A stretch of DNA of 63,664 nt, from the NCBI GenBank assembly GCA_032718475.1, contig JAUCBJ010003687.1, positions 1 to 63,664 of the forward strand. Direction: 5' to 3'. Source of the stretch: Nemertoderma westbladi (lineage: Eukaryota; Animalia; Xenacoelomorpha). Below, piece by piece: positions 51,989-63,664 of the stretch. A program made the translations under genes and the position numbers. Position 1 is the first letter of the stretch, and every line of letters starts with the position of its first letter. The notes beneath the pieces were generated by a model. It saw nothing but the letters and a program-made list of their open reading frames with translations. It was not told the DNA's origin and did no database searches.

Positions 51989-52220
51989 GTGAGTCATTCA
52001 AACTACCGTAATTACAAAAGTTGGTGAGCCTCAAAGCTCTCAAAAAGTTATCTGTTTATCGCGAAGAGCATGTTCGTTCATCCCATTACCATGCAGTATA
52101 TGGTTTCTTCCATTTTCCTGTTCGCAATGATCATCCTAAGCACCCCAAACTGTGTGGGCCCCGTCGTTGGGCCCTTGTATATTGGAGTCTTCTTGATAAA
52201 ACGAACCAAACCATTGTATG

Positions 52221-52298
52221 TTATCGGATCGGATGATCGATCCGATCCGATAATTATGCTTTATGCATAGATCCGATTCGGATCTATGCATAAAGCAT
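52221..52298. repeat. Two adjacent perfect palindromes (14-bp and 21-bp arms)
   Basis: TTATCGGATCGGAT-gatcg-ATCCGATCCGATAA and ATGCTTTATGCATAGATCCGA-t-TCGGATCTATGCATAAAGCAT. Confidence 0.85.
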
Positions 52299-52712
52299 TG
52301 CCCCAGAGGATCCTTGTGTAACGCACAAATAATTATAATTGTTCAGTAGAGCGATAACGTGAAACAGTTATTCATTTATACAATCATAATGCGTTATAAT
52401 CATATTTGTAATAAATGTAATAATTTTAAACCAAAGTTTAGGTATAAGGTAAAGCAGAAACAAACGCCATCATTTCAAGCTATCGGTTTGTTTTATTTTT
52501 TTTTTTAATTTATTCAAATTCAATACGCTTTAATTAGTTTCCAATTCTGCTCAGGAAAATCAAAAGAGCAGTTACTTTGTAGACCTCGGCTGGCTGCTAC
52601 ATGCTACTTTCATGTGCACCTAGTATTATACATAATAATAATAATAATACTAAAACTAAATGTAATTCGTAATTTGAAACAATTCTCTCAACCGAAATCT
52701 TAATACGCTACA

Positions 52713-55700
52713 GCCACAGGTCCGTGTACGGTACTTGCCACAGGTCCGTCTACGGTACTTGCCACAGGTCCCTTGTACGGTACTTGCCACAGGTCCGTCT
52801 ACGGTACTTGCCACAGGTCCGTCTACGGTACTTGCCACAGGTCCTTGTACGGTACTTGCCACAGGTCCGTGTACGGTACTTGCCACAGGTCCGTGTACGG
52901 TACTTGCCACAGGTCCTTGTACGGTACTTGCCACAGGTCCGTGTACGGTACTTGCCACAGGTCCGTGTACGGTACTTGCCACAGGTCCTTGTACGGTACT
53001 TGCCACAGGTCCTTGTACGGTACTTGCCACAGGTCCGTGTACGGTACTTGCCACAGGTCCGTGTACGGTACTTGCACAGGTCCGTGTACGGTACTTGCCA
53101 CAGGTCCGTGTACGGTACTTGCCACAGGTCCGTCTACGGTACTTGCCACAGGTCCGTGTACGGTACTTGCCACAGGTCCGTGTACGGTACTTGCCACAGG
53201 TCCGTGTACGGTACTTGCCACAGGTCCGTGTACGGTACTTGCCACAGGTCCGTGTACGGTACTTGCCACAGGTCCGTGTACGGTACTTGCCACAGGTCCT
53301 TGTACGGTACTTGCCACAGGTCCGTGTACGGTACTTGCCACAGGTCCGTGTACGGTACTTGCCACAGGTCCGTGTACGGTACTTGCCACAGGTCCGTGTA
53401 CGGTACTTGCCACAGGTCCTTGAACGGTACTTGCCACAGGTCCGTGTACGGTACTTGCCACAGGTCCGTGTACGGTATTTGCCACAGGTCCTTGTACGGT
53501 ACTTGCCACAGGTCCTTGAACGGTACTTGCCACAGGTCCGTGTACGGTACTTGCCACAGGTCCGTGTACGGTATTTGCCACAGGTCCTTGTACGGTACTT
53601 GCCACAGGTCCGTGTACGGTACTTGCCACAGGTCCGTGTACGGTACTTGCCACAGGTCCTTGAACGGTACTTGCCACAGGTCCGTGTACGGTACTTGCCA
53701 CAGGTCCGTGTACGGTATTTGCCACAGGTCCTTGTACGGTACTTGCCACAGGTCCGTGTACGGTACTTGCCACAGGTCCGTGTACGGTACTTGCCACAGG
53801 TCCTTGTACGGTACTTGCCACAGGTCCTTGTACGGTACTTGCCACAGGTCCGTGTACGGTACTTGCCACAGGTCCGTGTACGGTACTTGCCACAGGTCCT
53901 TGTACGGTACTTGCCACAGGTCCTTGTACGGTACTTGCCACAGGTCCGTGTACGGTACTTGCCACAGGTCCTTGTACGGTATTTGCCACAGGTCCTTGTA
54001 CGGTACTTGCCACAGGTCCGTGTACGGTACTTGCCACAGGTCCTTGTACGGTACTTGCCACAGGTCCGTGTACGGTACTTGCCACAGGTCCTTGTACGGT
54101 ACTTGCCACAGGTCCGTGTACGGTACTTGCCACAGGTCCGTGTACGGTACTTGCCACAGGTCCTTGTACGGTACTTGCCACAGGTCCTTGTACGGTACTT
54201 GCCACAGGTCCGTGTACGGTACTTGCCACAGGTCCTTGTACGGTACTTGCCACAGGTCCTTGTACGGTACTTGCCACAGGTCCTTGTACGGTACTTGCCA
54301 CAGGTCCTTGTACGGTACTTGCCACAGGTCCGTGTACGGTACTTGCCACAGGTCCTTGTACGGTACTTGCCACAGGTCCGTGTACGGTACTTGCCACAGG
54401 TCCGTGTACGGTACTTGCCACAGGTCCTTGTACGGTACTTGCCACAGGTCCGTGTACGGTACTTGCCACAGGTCCGTGTACGGTATTTGCCACAGGTCCT
54501 TGTACGGTACTTGCCACAGGTCCGTGTACGGTACTTGCCACAGGTCCTTGTACGGTACTTGCCACAGGTCCTTGTACGGTACTTGCCACAGGTCCGTGTA
54601 CGGTACTTGCCACAGGTCCGTGTACGGTACTTGCCACAGGTCCGTGTACGGTACTTGCCACAGGTCCTTGTACGGTACTTGCCACAGGTCCGTGTACGGT
54701 ACTTGCCACAGGTCCTTGTACGGTACTTGCCACAGGTCCGTGTACGGTACTTGCCACAGGTCCGTGTACGGTACTTGCCACAGGTCCGTGTACGGTACTT
54801 GCCACAGGTCCGTGTACGGTACTTGCCACAGGTCCTTGTACGGTACTTGCCACAGGTCCGTGTACGGTACTTGCCACAGGTCCGTGTACGGTACTTGCCA
54901 CAGGTCCGTGTACGGTACTTGCCACAGGTCCTTGTACGGTACTTGCCACAGGTCCGTGTACGGTACTTGCCACAGGTCCGTGTACGGTACTTGCCACAGG
55001 TCCGTGTACGGTACTTGCCACAGGTCCTTGTACGGTACTTGCCACAGGTCCGTGTACGGTACTTGCCACAGGTCCGTCTACGGTACTTGCCACAGGTCCT
55101 TGTACGGTACTTGCCACAGGTCCGTGTACGGTACTTGCCACAGGTCCGTGTACGGTACTTGCCACAGGTCCTTGTACGGTACTTGCCACAGGTCCGTGTA
55201 CGGTACTTGCCACAGGTCCGTGTACGGTACTTGCCACAGGTCCTTGTACGGTACTTGCCACAGGTCCTTGTACGGTACTTGCCACAGGTCCGTGTACGGT
55301 ACTTGCCACAGGTCCGTGTACGGTACTTGCCACAGGTCCGTGTACGGTACTTGCCACAGGTCCGTGTACGGTACTTGCCACAGGTCCGTGTACGGTACTT
55401 GCCACAGGTCCGTGTACGGTACTTGCCACAGGTCCGTGTACGGTACTTGCCACAGGTCCGTGTACGGTACTTGCCACAGGTCCGTGTACGGTACTTGCCA
55501 CAGGTCCGTGTACGGTACTTGCCACAGGTCCGTGTACGGTACTTGCCACAGGTCCTTGTACGGTACTTGCCACAGGTCCGTGTACGGTACTTGCCACAGG
55601 TCCTTGTACGGTACTTGCCACAGGTCCGTGTACGGTACTTGCCACAGGTCCGTGTACGGTACTTGCCACAGGTCCTTGTACGGTACTTGCCACAGGTCCG

Positions 55701-57385
55701 TGTACGGTACTTGCCACAGGTCCGTGTACGGTATTTGCCACAGGTCCTTGTACGGTACTTGCCACAGGTCCTTGTACGGTACTTGCCACAGGTCCGTGTA
55801 CGGTACTTGCCACAGGTCCGTGTACGGTACTTGCCACAGGTCCTTGTACGGTACTTGCCACAGGTCCGTGTACGGTACTTGCCACAGGTCCGTGTACGGT
55901 ACTTGCCACAGGTCCTTGTACGGTACTTGCCACAGGTCCGTGTACGGTACTTGCCACAGGTCCGTGTACGGTACTTGCCACAGGTCCTTGTACGGTACTT
56001 GCCACAGGTCCGTGTACGGTACTTGCCACAGGTCCGTGTACGGTACTTGCCACAGGTCCTTGTACGGTACTTGCCACAGGTCCTTGTACGGTACTTGCCA
56101 CAGGTCCGTGTACGGTACTTGCCACAGGTCCGTGTACGGTACTTGCCACAGGTCCTTGTACGGTACTTGCCACAGGTCCTTGTACGGTACTTGCCACAGG
56201 TCCGTGTACGGTACTTGCCACAGGTCCTTGTACGGTACTTGCCACAGGTCCTTGTACGGTACTTGCCACAGGTCCGTGTACGGTACTTGCCACAGGTCCT
56301 TGTACGGTACTTGCCACAGGTCCGTGTACGGTACTTGCCACAGGTCCTTGTACGGTACTTGCCACAGGTCCGTGTACGGTACTTGCCACAGGTCCGTGTA
56401 CGGTACTTGCCACAGGTCCTTGTACGGTACTTGCCACAGGTCCGTGTACGGTACTTGCCACAGGTCCTTGTACGGTACTTGCCACAGGTCCGTGTACGGT
56501 ACTTGCCACAGGTCCGTGTACGGTACTTGCCACAGGTCCTTGTACGGTACTTGCCACAGGTCCTTGTACGGTACTTGCCACAGGTCCGTGTACGGTACTT
56601 GCCACAGGTCCGTGTACGGTACTTGCCACAGGTCCGTGTACGGTACTTGCCACAGGTCCGTGTACGGTACTTGCCACAGGTCCGTGTACGGTACTTGCCA
56701 CAGGTCCGTGTACGGTACTTGCCACAGGTCCGTGTACGGTACTTGCCACAGGTCCGTGTACGGTACTTGCCACAGGTCCGTGTACGGTACTTGCCACAGG
56801 TCCGTGTACGGTACTTGCCACAGGTCCTTGTACGGTACTTGCCACAGGTCCTTGTACGGTACTTGCCACAGGTCCGTGTACGGTACTTGCCACAGGTCCT
56901 TGTACGGTACTTGCCACAGGTCCTTGTACGGTACTTGCCACAGGTCCTTGTACGGTACTTGCCACAGGTCCTTGTACGGTACTTGCCACAGGTCCTTGTA
57001 CGGTACTTGCCACAGGTCCTTGTACGGTACTTGCCACAGGTCCTTGTACGGTACTTGCCACAGGTCCTTGTACGGTACTTGCCACAGGTCCTTGTACGGT
57101 ACTTGCCACAGGTCCTTGTACGGTACTTGCCACAGGTCCTTGTACGGTACTTGCCACAGGTCCGTGTACGGTACTTGCCACAGGTCCTTGTACGGTACTT
57201 GCCACAGGTCCGTCTACGGTACTTGCCACAGGTCCGTGTACGGTACTTGCCACAGGTCCTTGTACGGTACTTGCCACAGGTCCTTGTACGGTACTTGCCA
57301 CAGGTCCTTGTACGGTACTTGCCACAGGTCCGTGTACGGTACTTGCCACAGGTCCGTGTACGGTACTTGCCACAGGTCCACAGGT
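52713..57385. repeat. 24-bp GC-rich satellite GCCACAGGTCC(G/T)TGTACGGTACTT, ~195 copies
   Basis: Tandem array whose units differ almost only at one G/T site. Confidence 0.98.
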
Positions 57386-57946
57386 CGACCGACCGACCGA
57401 CCGACCGACCGACCGACCGACCGACCGACCGACCGAACGACCGACCGACCGACCGACCGACCGACCGACCGACCGACCGACCGACCGACCGACCGACCGA
57501 CCGACCGACCGACCGACCGACCGACCGACCGACCGACCGACCGACCGACCGACCGACCGACCGACCGACCGACCGACCGACCGACCGACCGACCGACCGA
57601 CCGACCGACCGACCGACCGACCGACCGACCGACCGACCGACCGACCGACCGACCGACCGACCGACCGACCGACCGACCGACCGACCGACCGACCGACCGA
57701 CCGACCGACCGACCGACCGACCGACCGACCGACCGACCGACCGACCGACCGACCGACCGACCGACCGACCGACCGACCGACCGACCGACCGACCGACCGA
57801 CCGACCGACCGACCGACCGACCGACCGACCGACCGACCGACCGACCGACCGACCGACCGACCGACCGACCGACCGACCGACCGACCGACCGACCGACCGA
57901 CCGACCGACCGACCGACCGACCGACCGACCGACCGACCGACCGACC
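57386..57946. repeat. (GACC)n tetranucleotide microsatellite, ~140 units
   Basis: Nearly perfect run directly abutting the 24-bp array. Confidence 0.98.
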
Positions 57947-58689
57947 TCGGTTTGTTCTATGCCTCAAGTGGGCGCGCAATGTCCCAATAAACACCCAAAG
58001 GCTCGGCTTACCTACCAAAACGATGATCCACAGAAGCTCGATTTTATAAGACACATAATCAATCAATCACGTTTAAAATATGATTACTGTGCGAGTGAAC
58101 CGCGTAGGTGATGATGTATAATTATATTATTTGTGATAACATCCGGTCTGCAGACGTCCGACCTCCAAACAATAATTAATTATCGAAGGGAGCTACGCCC
58201 CAGGTGTAATCAAATAGAATATGCGTTTACCCCGGGGTAACAAAACATTAATTCACTGTAGTTGTTATGGACAGAAAGAAGCACCAGAAATCATTTCCTA
58301 TTTTGACAATGCTTTTCGGTAGCCATATTTTTTATTTTATTATTCTTTGGCGAGACACGAAAGCAAGCAAGCTTAGCATACGGCTGGCAAAAGTTTAAAT
58401 ATTTTCAGAGGTATATTTTCGTGTAGCTAAGATAAAAGCAGTAAATTAGTTAATTATGTTAATTGCAGCTAAAAACGGCATTTTCAGCGTGTCCTTTCAT
58501 AGAAATTAATTATTTTCTACGATAAGAGTAAATTAATTGTACTTAAAAATTATACAGCTGGAATCCCCATACCCCATTCCATTATAGTTTTTAATTAGTT
58601 CAAGTGATTTGCGTTAAGAAATGTGTTTTTAATTGATCTAAACGTAATTAATTAACTTATTAAATTCCCCTTCTCTCCGCGCTGCTTAC

Positions 58690-58832
58690 ATATCTCCATA
58701 GAAGTCTTCTAGTGATCATTAGCCTGTCCACCTTAAGAATTTGTGCCGGCTTGACGACAAAATTGCGCCGCCACAACTTCCTATCACCCATGACATTTGC
58801 TAGATCATCCACATCTTCGAAGCCAGTTTGCT
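58690..58832 (-). mobile_element. Possible 3' end of an RTE-like non-LTR element
   Basis: The minus strand reads GFEDVDDLANVMGDRKLWRR, resembling the RTE C-terminal L..A.DR..WR motif. Confidence 0.4.
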
Positions 58833-58834
58833 AT

Positions 58835-59645
58835 CTGTGGGTCATCCCATCACTACAGATGGTACAGTCTGCCCTTGATGAGCTCGATGTTTATTGTCCC
58901 TCGAACTATCTCAAAGTAAACCTCTCAAAAACCAAAGCGATGAAATTCCGTCGGGGAGGAAGGCTAGCTCAGTCAGACATACTTTTATATAATGGCTGCC
59001 ATCGGGGTGGTTTTATCTCACATGGAGCGTCGGGTGGTTTTATCTCTAATGGCTGCCATCGGGGTGGTTTTATCTCACATGGAGCGTCGGGTCACTACAA
59101 TCATCTCTACAACCGTCGGGTTGCTTCTTGTCTGCGCTTGGCTACAAAAGTAGACTTTTCACTCGACACTGCTATTAAAGTTTGGGATATGGTCGTGTTT
59201 CCTGCGTAACATGCGACAGTGTTATATTTGAGGACTCACCTTCTTAATAATACCAGCTCTTTAATTTAAAGCACGTTAATAAAACTCGTGGCCTCCATTA
59301 TAAACTCTGGAGCGACATCAGTAAGTTTAGCTACACTTCTCGAATCTTGTCTGCAGTGGATATCCCCGATAGTGCTCCGCGCTCATAGGGTAAACTTTCT
59401 GGAAACCGCCGCCGAATAGCGGCACAATATATCTCGATCGCGTACCACCACAAGGTCTGTGCGAGTCTAAACTGTTGGAGACCTACCGATACCTGTTGTT
59501 GCCGGCTCTTTCTCGACCCTGATCGTATCGCCATTGAACATGCGGCTCATTGTGAGGCTTTGAACACTGTCATCAATGAGGCTGAGCCCAGACCATTCAC
59601 TCTTCGCTGTGCCCTTTACTTCGCTAAATTCACTCGACACTGATT
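58835..59645 (+). mobile_element. Degraded, 5'-truncated non-LTR retrotransposon (C-terminal end of RT)
   Basis: LQMVQSALDELDVYC..NYLKVNLSKTKAMKFRRGGRL matches the post-YADD RT motifs. It contains an internal duplication (~58990-59092) and downstream stops. Confidence 0.7.
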
Positions 59646-62600
59646 AAACATTAAATTTACTTCAAATATTAATTTTCAATGTAGATATTTAATATAAAAT
59701 TTTATTTAATTTAGTAATAAATTTTAACCCCTAGTGATTGCTAAAAAGTCTCCATCATCATTTAATATAATTATATTGTATAGCTTTGCAGCTATCGAGA
59801 TCAACGAGACTCCACTAAAAGATTCATAGGTTTTTAGGTTGCTCGTTGCTCAACTTATTTGTTTTCATTTCTTGAGGGACTCTTTGTCCTATACATAACA
59901 TGTCCACAACAGGATTTCACAAGGGGCGGGGCCAGAGCTATAAGGGGGGGGGGGGGGGGGGGGGGGGGGGTCATAATTAACAAATCTAATCAAAGTGAAA
60001 GAAATTAAACAATGTTAAAATATGTGACGTTTGATCAAGAAACCGACCTACGGTTACAAAAAATATATTTTTTTTTATTTACAAAGTTTTGAGAAAATCG
60101 ACTTTGAAATTATGAGAGTTTCTAACGTTCCCGCCAATTTTCTGTATTTGGGGGGATTTTTCAAATATAAAATTTTACGATATTTTTCAAAGCAGACATC
60201 TAAAAAATTAGGTACATGTCAGAATTTAGATAAGTGTATGGAACTTTAGCGATAGCGAACATGTTTTATGTTTTATTATTACTGGAGGTCATTGTGTCTG
60301 TCTGTCTGTCAAGAAATAAAACAAATAAATAAATAAAGCATACCACCCAAATTTTTTTGGTAATGGGATTTTACTTGCCGATGATTTCAATTACGATGTC
60401 GGTTTTCACTATTTGCCGAATCTAAACTTTTGTCAGTCTGTCTGTCTGTTATTATGTGCGTCGCCTGCGATAATTATTATAGTATTGCAAGTATTGCAGA
60501 CCCCCAAGTTTACTTTTACACTCATGGTATGCTCAAGTTACAAGTTTTGCAAGACTTTGCCAATGACTAACTTTGTGGTATGCACGAAAAGCTTTCGCAT
60601 GCGTAAACTTATATTATTATATTCTGGCATCTCATACACGCAACTATATCATATTCTCCCACACATAATTATTGGCAAGATACTGAATAGCAATTTGAAA
60701 AAATAGCAATTTGACACCAACAATGTCATTAGTCGCTTATCAGTTTTTGGCGTCGGTTCCCTTTGTCCTTTCAAAACAGCCGAAATCAAAGGTCGGGTTA
60801 CCTACCTAGTTAGTATATGGCACTATAATACGAACATATACCGTCGTATTTACGCTATTTACTGGGATATAATATATCAAAACAAAATACATTACCAAAT
60901 ATATACATTACCTAATATTCTCATGTGATTTTTGGTTGTAAACTTATGGTAATTGGGCCATCGCCAGGATAATTCTATTATGTGGTCCAGTATGATATTT
61001 GTTGTACATATATTTGAACTGGATTCGAACACGCACTCATTATGCCATCCACACTTGGTCTGTGACGGGGTCTTGTGACAGCAGGCATGCGGCCCTTGTC
61101 CTCTATGTAAGTCTGCAGGATCTTACTGCAGGCGACACCATATCCATTACGGGTGCGTTGCGTACACCATAAAGTTACGTAGGGTTCATGCGGCATATGG
61201 TACGATGCTCAATTAACAAATAAGGCATTGCCCTACCTCCTTAACATGTTATTACCAAAACCATGCACCAACCTGCAGACACGACAGGTGAGATTTACCG
61301 GCCACTGCCATTGTAGAACTGATAAGCCTGTCCATAATCTTGTTCTATTTTTTTTACATATCTTCTAATCTATGAGTGGCTGCATTATTCCGTCTTATTT
61401 CGTCGTATTTCATTATTCATTATTCCGTATTTATCGTCGCTGTGAATAAGCAACAATGTGGGGTCACCGAGCAGCAAGCAATCAGATAGTAATAGCGGCG
61501 ACTTATACTTCAGCATTATTTAATGAACTATAAGTTCTTGGATCAAATAATACAGATGGCTCAGGTAGTTTTACCGCCGACCTCCCAACCCGAATATCAC
61601 GAGTTCGAGACCAAGGGTAGTGCAGTTTTCTCCGAACCAGCCTCAGGCTGCTGTAATAGGTATATACCATATACATGTACACCTACATACATGGCTGAAG
61701 AAACTGTTAGATGGCCATCTGGTTACATCCGGTTTTTTTTTCGTGTTTGTTAATAACTTTACCAATTGTTATAGAGGTTAACCTGATATATAATATAAAT
61801 TGCATGAAATGTAATATTAGTAATGATATTTGATGTTTAATTCTTTAGTAATGACCCTATAGCTCTTGACGCCGTCAAAATCCAACCCTCTCCATGGAAA
61901 ATTCAACGAAAATAACAGTTAATTACGAGCAAAAATTAAGCCGCAATCTGTGCTATTGACTCTTGTTTATTGTTTTGGTTAGAATAACATGCCACTGTAA
62001 CCTTTTCCTTCCCTACTAATCTACATTGATAATGCACTGAGATAGGACTTTCGTCAATCCCCCCGTCTCATTTCAAATATGGGTCTAACGTAATTCCAAT
62101 AGAAGTGAACCTAATAATGGCAACAACGATTGTGACGGTGTATGAACCGGTTGCACCTCCTACTGAATGATATACATGACTCTCTAGCAGGCTGTCTGGA
62201 ACATTTAATTGTTATATTTCTCGATCGATCCCACATGCTGTGGGATTCCTGATTAATATATATTATTCACATATGCTGCCGCAGGTTTGCCCAATCTGTG
62301 CAGAACGATTTCATTGTAATTGAGTCCCTGTTAGTAACAATCATTCATTTATATATCCGGCTAACTTAGGCTACCCCAACTATTTGTTAATATTATTTTG
62401 CTTTGCGTTTATTATTACCACAACTCCGGGTCAAAGTGCTAACTAGCATTCATTGTGAGGTGTTACATTGGCATGTTATTCTAACCAAAACAATAAAAGC
62501 ACATATTGTGAATAGCACATATTATATTTCCAATTTTACCCGTGTGTAGGTAGCTGATATTTGGGTCGATTTTCCACTGGAATGGTGTGAATTTTGATTG

Positions 62601-63029
62601 TGTCTAGAGCCCCTGTCTGAATTTCTCATATCACAGCGCAATCAATGGAATACGCAATGACTGCTGTCTAGCGGGGATACCATTACAATGGTATGTTCAT
62701 GTTCAAATAATTAATGTTCCAAGAGTTAAAATTCATCAACAACTCTGTTGTCAAGGGAAAAGGAAGTGACTTAATGAAGCTTATCAGAACATCGTGCGCT
62801 AACTACCAACCTACTCATACAAAAGCACTCCAGTTGACAGGAAATTATCCAGACTTTCTCCTTTTATTTTAAGTATGTTAATTGATTCCAGATGTAAGCC
62901 TCGGACTCTCTTACACTAATTTGTCTGCAACAGGATAGGGCCAATTCAAAAGAAGGCGTCCGAGCTCAGAGGCCGATGTGTGTCTTACGTCAACACAGCC
63001 CCTAGCTTAGCTACTCCCTTAGCCCTCTC

Positions 63030-63651
63030 ACTTAGCTCCTATCTTAGCCCATCTCATAGCTCCACACTAAGCTCCTATTTATCGTAGCTCCTATCTTAGC
63101 TCCTATATTTGCTCCTATCGTAGCTCCTATCTTAGCACCTATATTTGCTCCTATCGTAGCTCCTATCTTAGCTCCTATATTTGCTCCTATCGTAGCTCCT
63201 ATCTTAGCTCCTATATTTGCTCCTATCGTAGCTCCTATCTTAGCTCCTATATTTGCTCCTATCGTAGCTCCTATCTTAGCTCCTATCTTAGCTCCTATCG
63301 TAGCTCCTATCTTAGCTCCTATATTTGCTCCTATCGTAGCTCCTATCTTAGCACCTATATTTGCTCCTATCGTAGCTCCTATCTTAGCTCCTATATTTGC
63401 TCCTATCGTAGCTCCTATCTTAGCTCCTATATTTGCTCCTATCGTAGCTCCTATCTTAGCTCCTATATTTGCTCCTATCGTAGCTCCTATCTTAGCTCCT
63501 ATCTTAGCTCCTATCGTAGCTCCTATCTTAGCTCCTATATTTGCTCCTATCGTAGCTCCTATCTTAGCTCCTATATTTGCTCCTATCGTAGCTCCTATCT
63601 TAGCTCCTATATTTGCTCCTATCGTAGCTCCTATCGTAGCTCCTATCTTAG
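63030..63651. repeat. 12-bp minisatellite TAGCTCCTATCT with a 36-bp trimer organisation
   Basis: TAGCTCCTATCT-TAGCTCCTATAT-TTGCTCCTATCG repeated in tandem. Confidence 0.93.
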
Positions 63652-63664
63652 CGCACTATCTTAT

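Noticed and set aside
52724-58111. 1700-1800-aa ORFs in several frames and both strands
   Set aside because: They are translations of a stop-free 24-bp satellite and (GACC)n; there is no unique domain and all frames are equally open.

Overview
AT-rich, repeat-dense genomic DNA from an animal, most likely an invertebrate, with GT-AG spliceosomal introns. Host genes are an intronless WDR44 (3963-6248 +), a 4-exon TRPT1/Tpt1 (9874-7455 -), the last three coding exons of an activator-type E2F (13596-13662, 39693-40715, 41062-41288 +) and exon 1 of a TASK-type K2P channel (51706-51988 +). The E2F has a ~26 kb intron, and its upstream exons are not in the window, so WDR44 and TRPT1 appear nested in it. 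The most unusual object is a recently inserted 12.5 kb BEL/Pao-derived LTR element (17645-30160, 5-bp TSD CTGTA) inside a 35-bp satellite. It keeps Gag, protease and only the tail of RNase H, and has no RT or integrase. It has no tRNA primer-binding site but an 11-nt sequence abutting the 5' LTR that is exactly complementary to an 11-mer inside the LTR, as in Tf1-type self-priming. It also carries an extra ~480-codon triple-CCHC ORF in the env position, preceded by a G-U-containing hairpin. The rest is satellites (12, 15, 23, 24, 31, 35 and 38 bp, plus (GACC)n), foldback/MITE elements, a tRNA-derived SINE and non-LTR retrotransposon fragments. All calls come from reading the sequence by eye; no searches were run.
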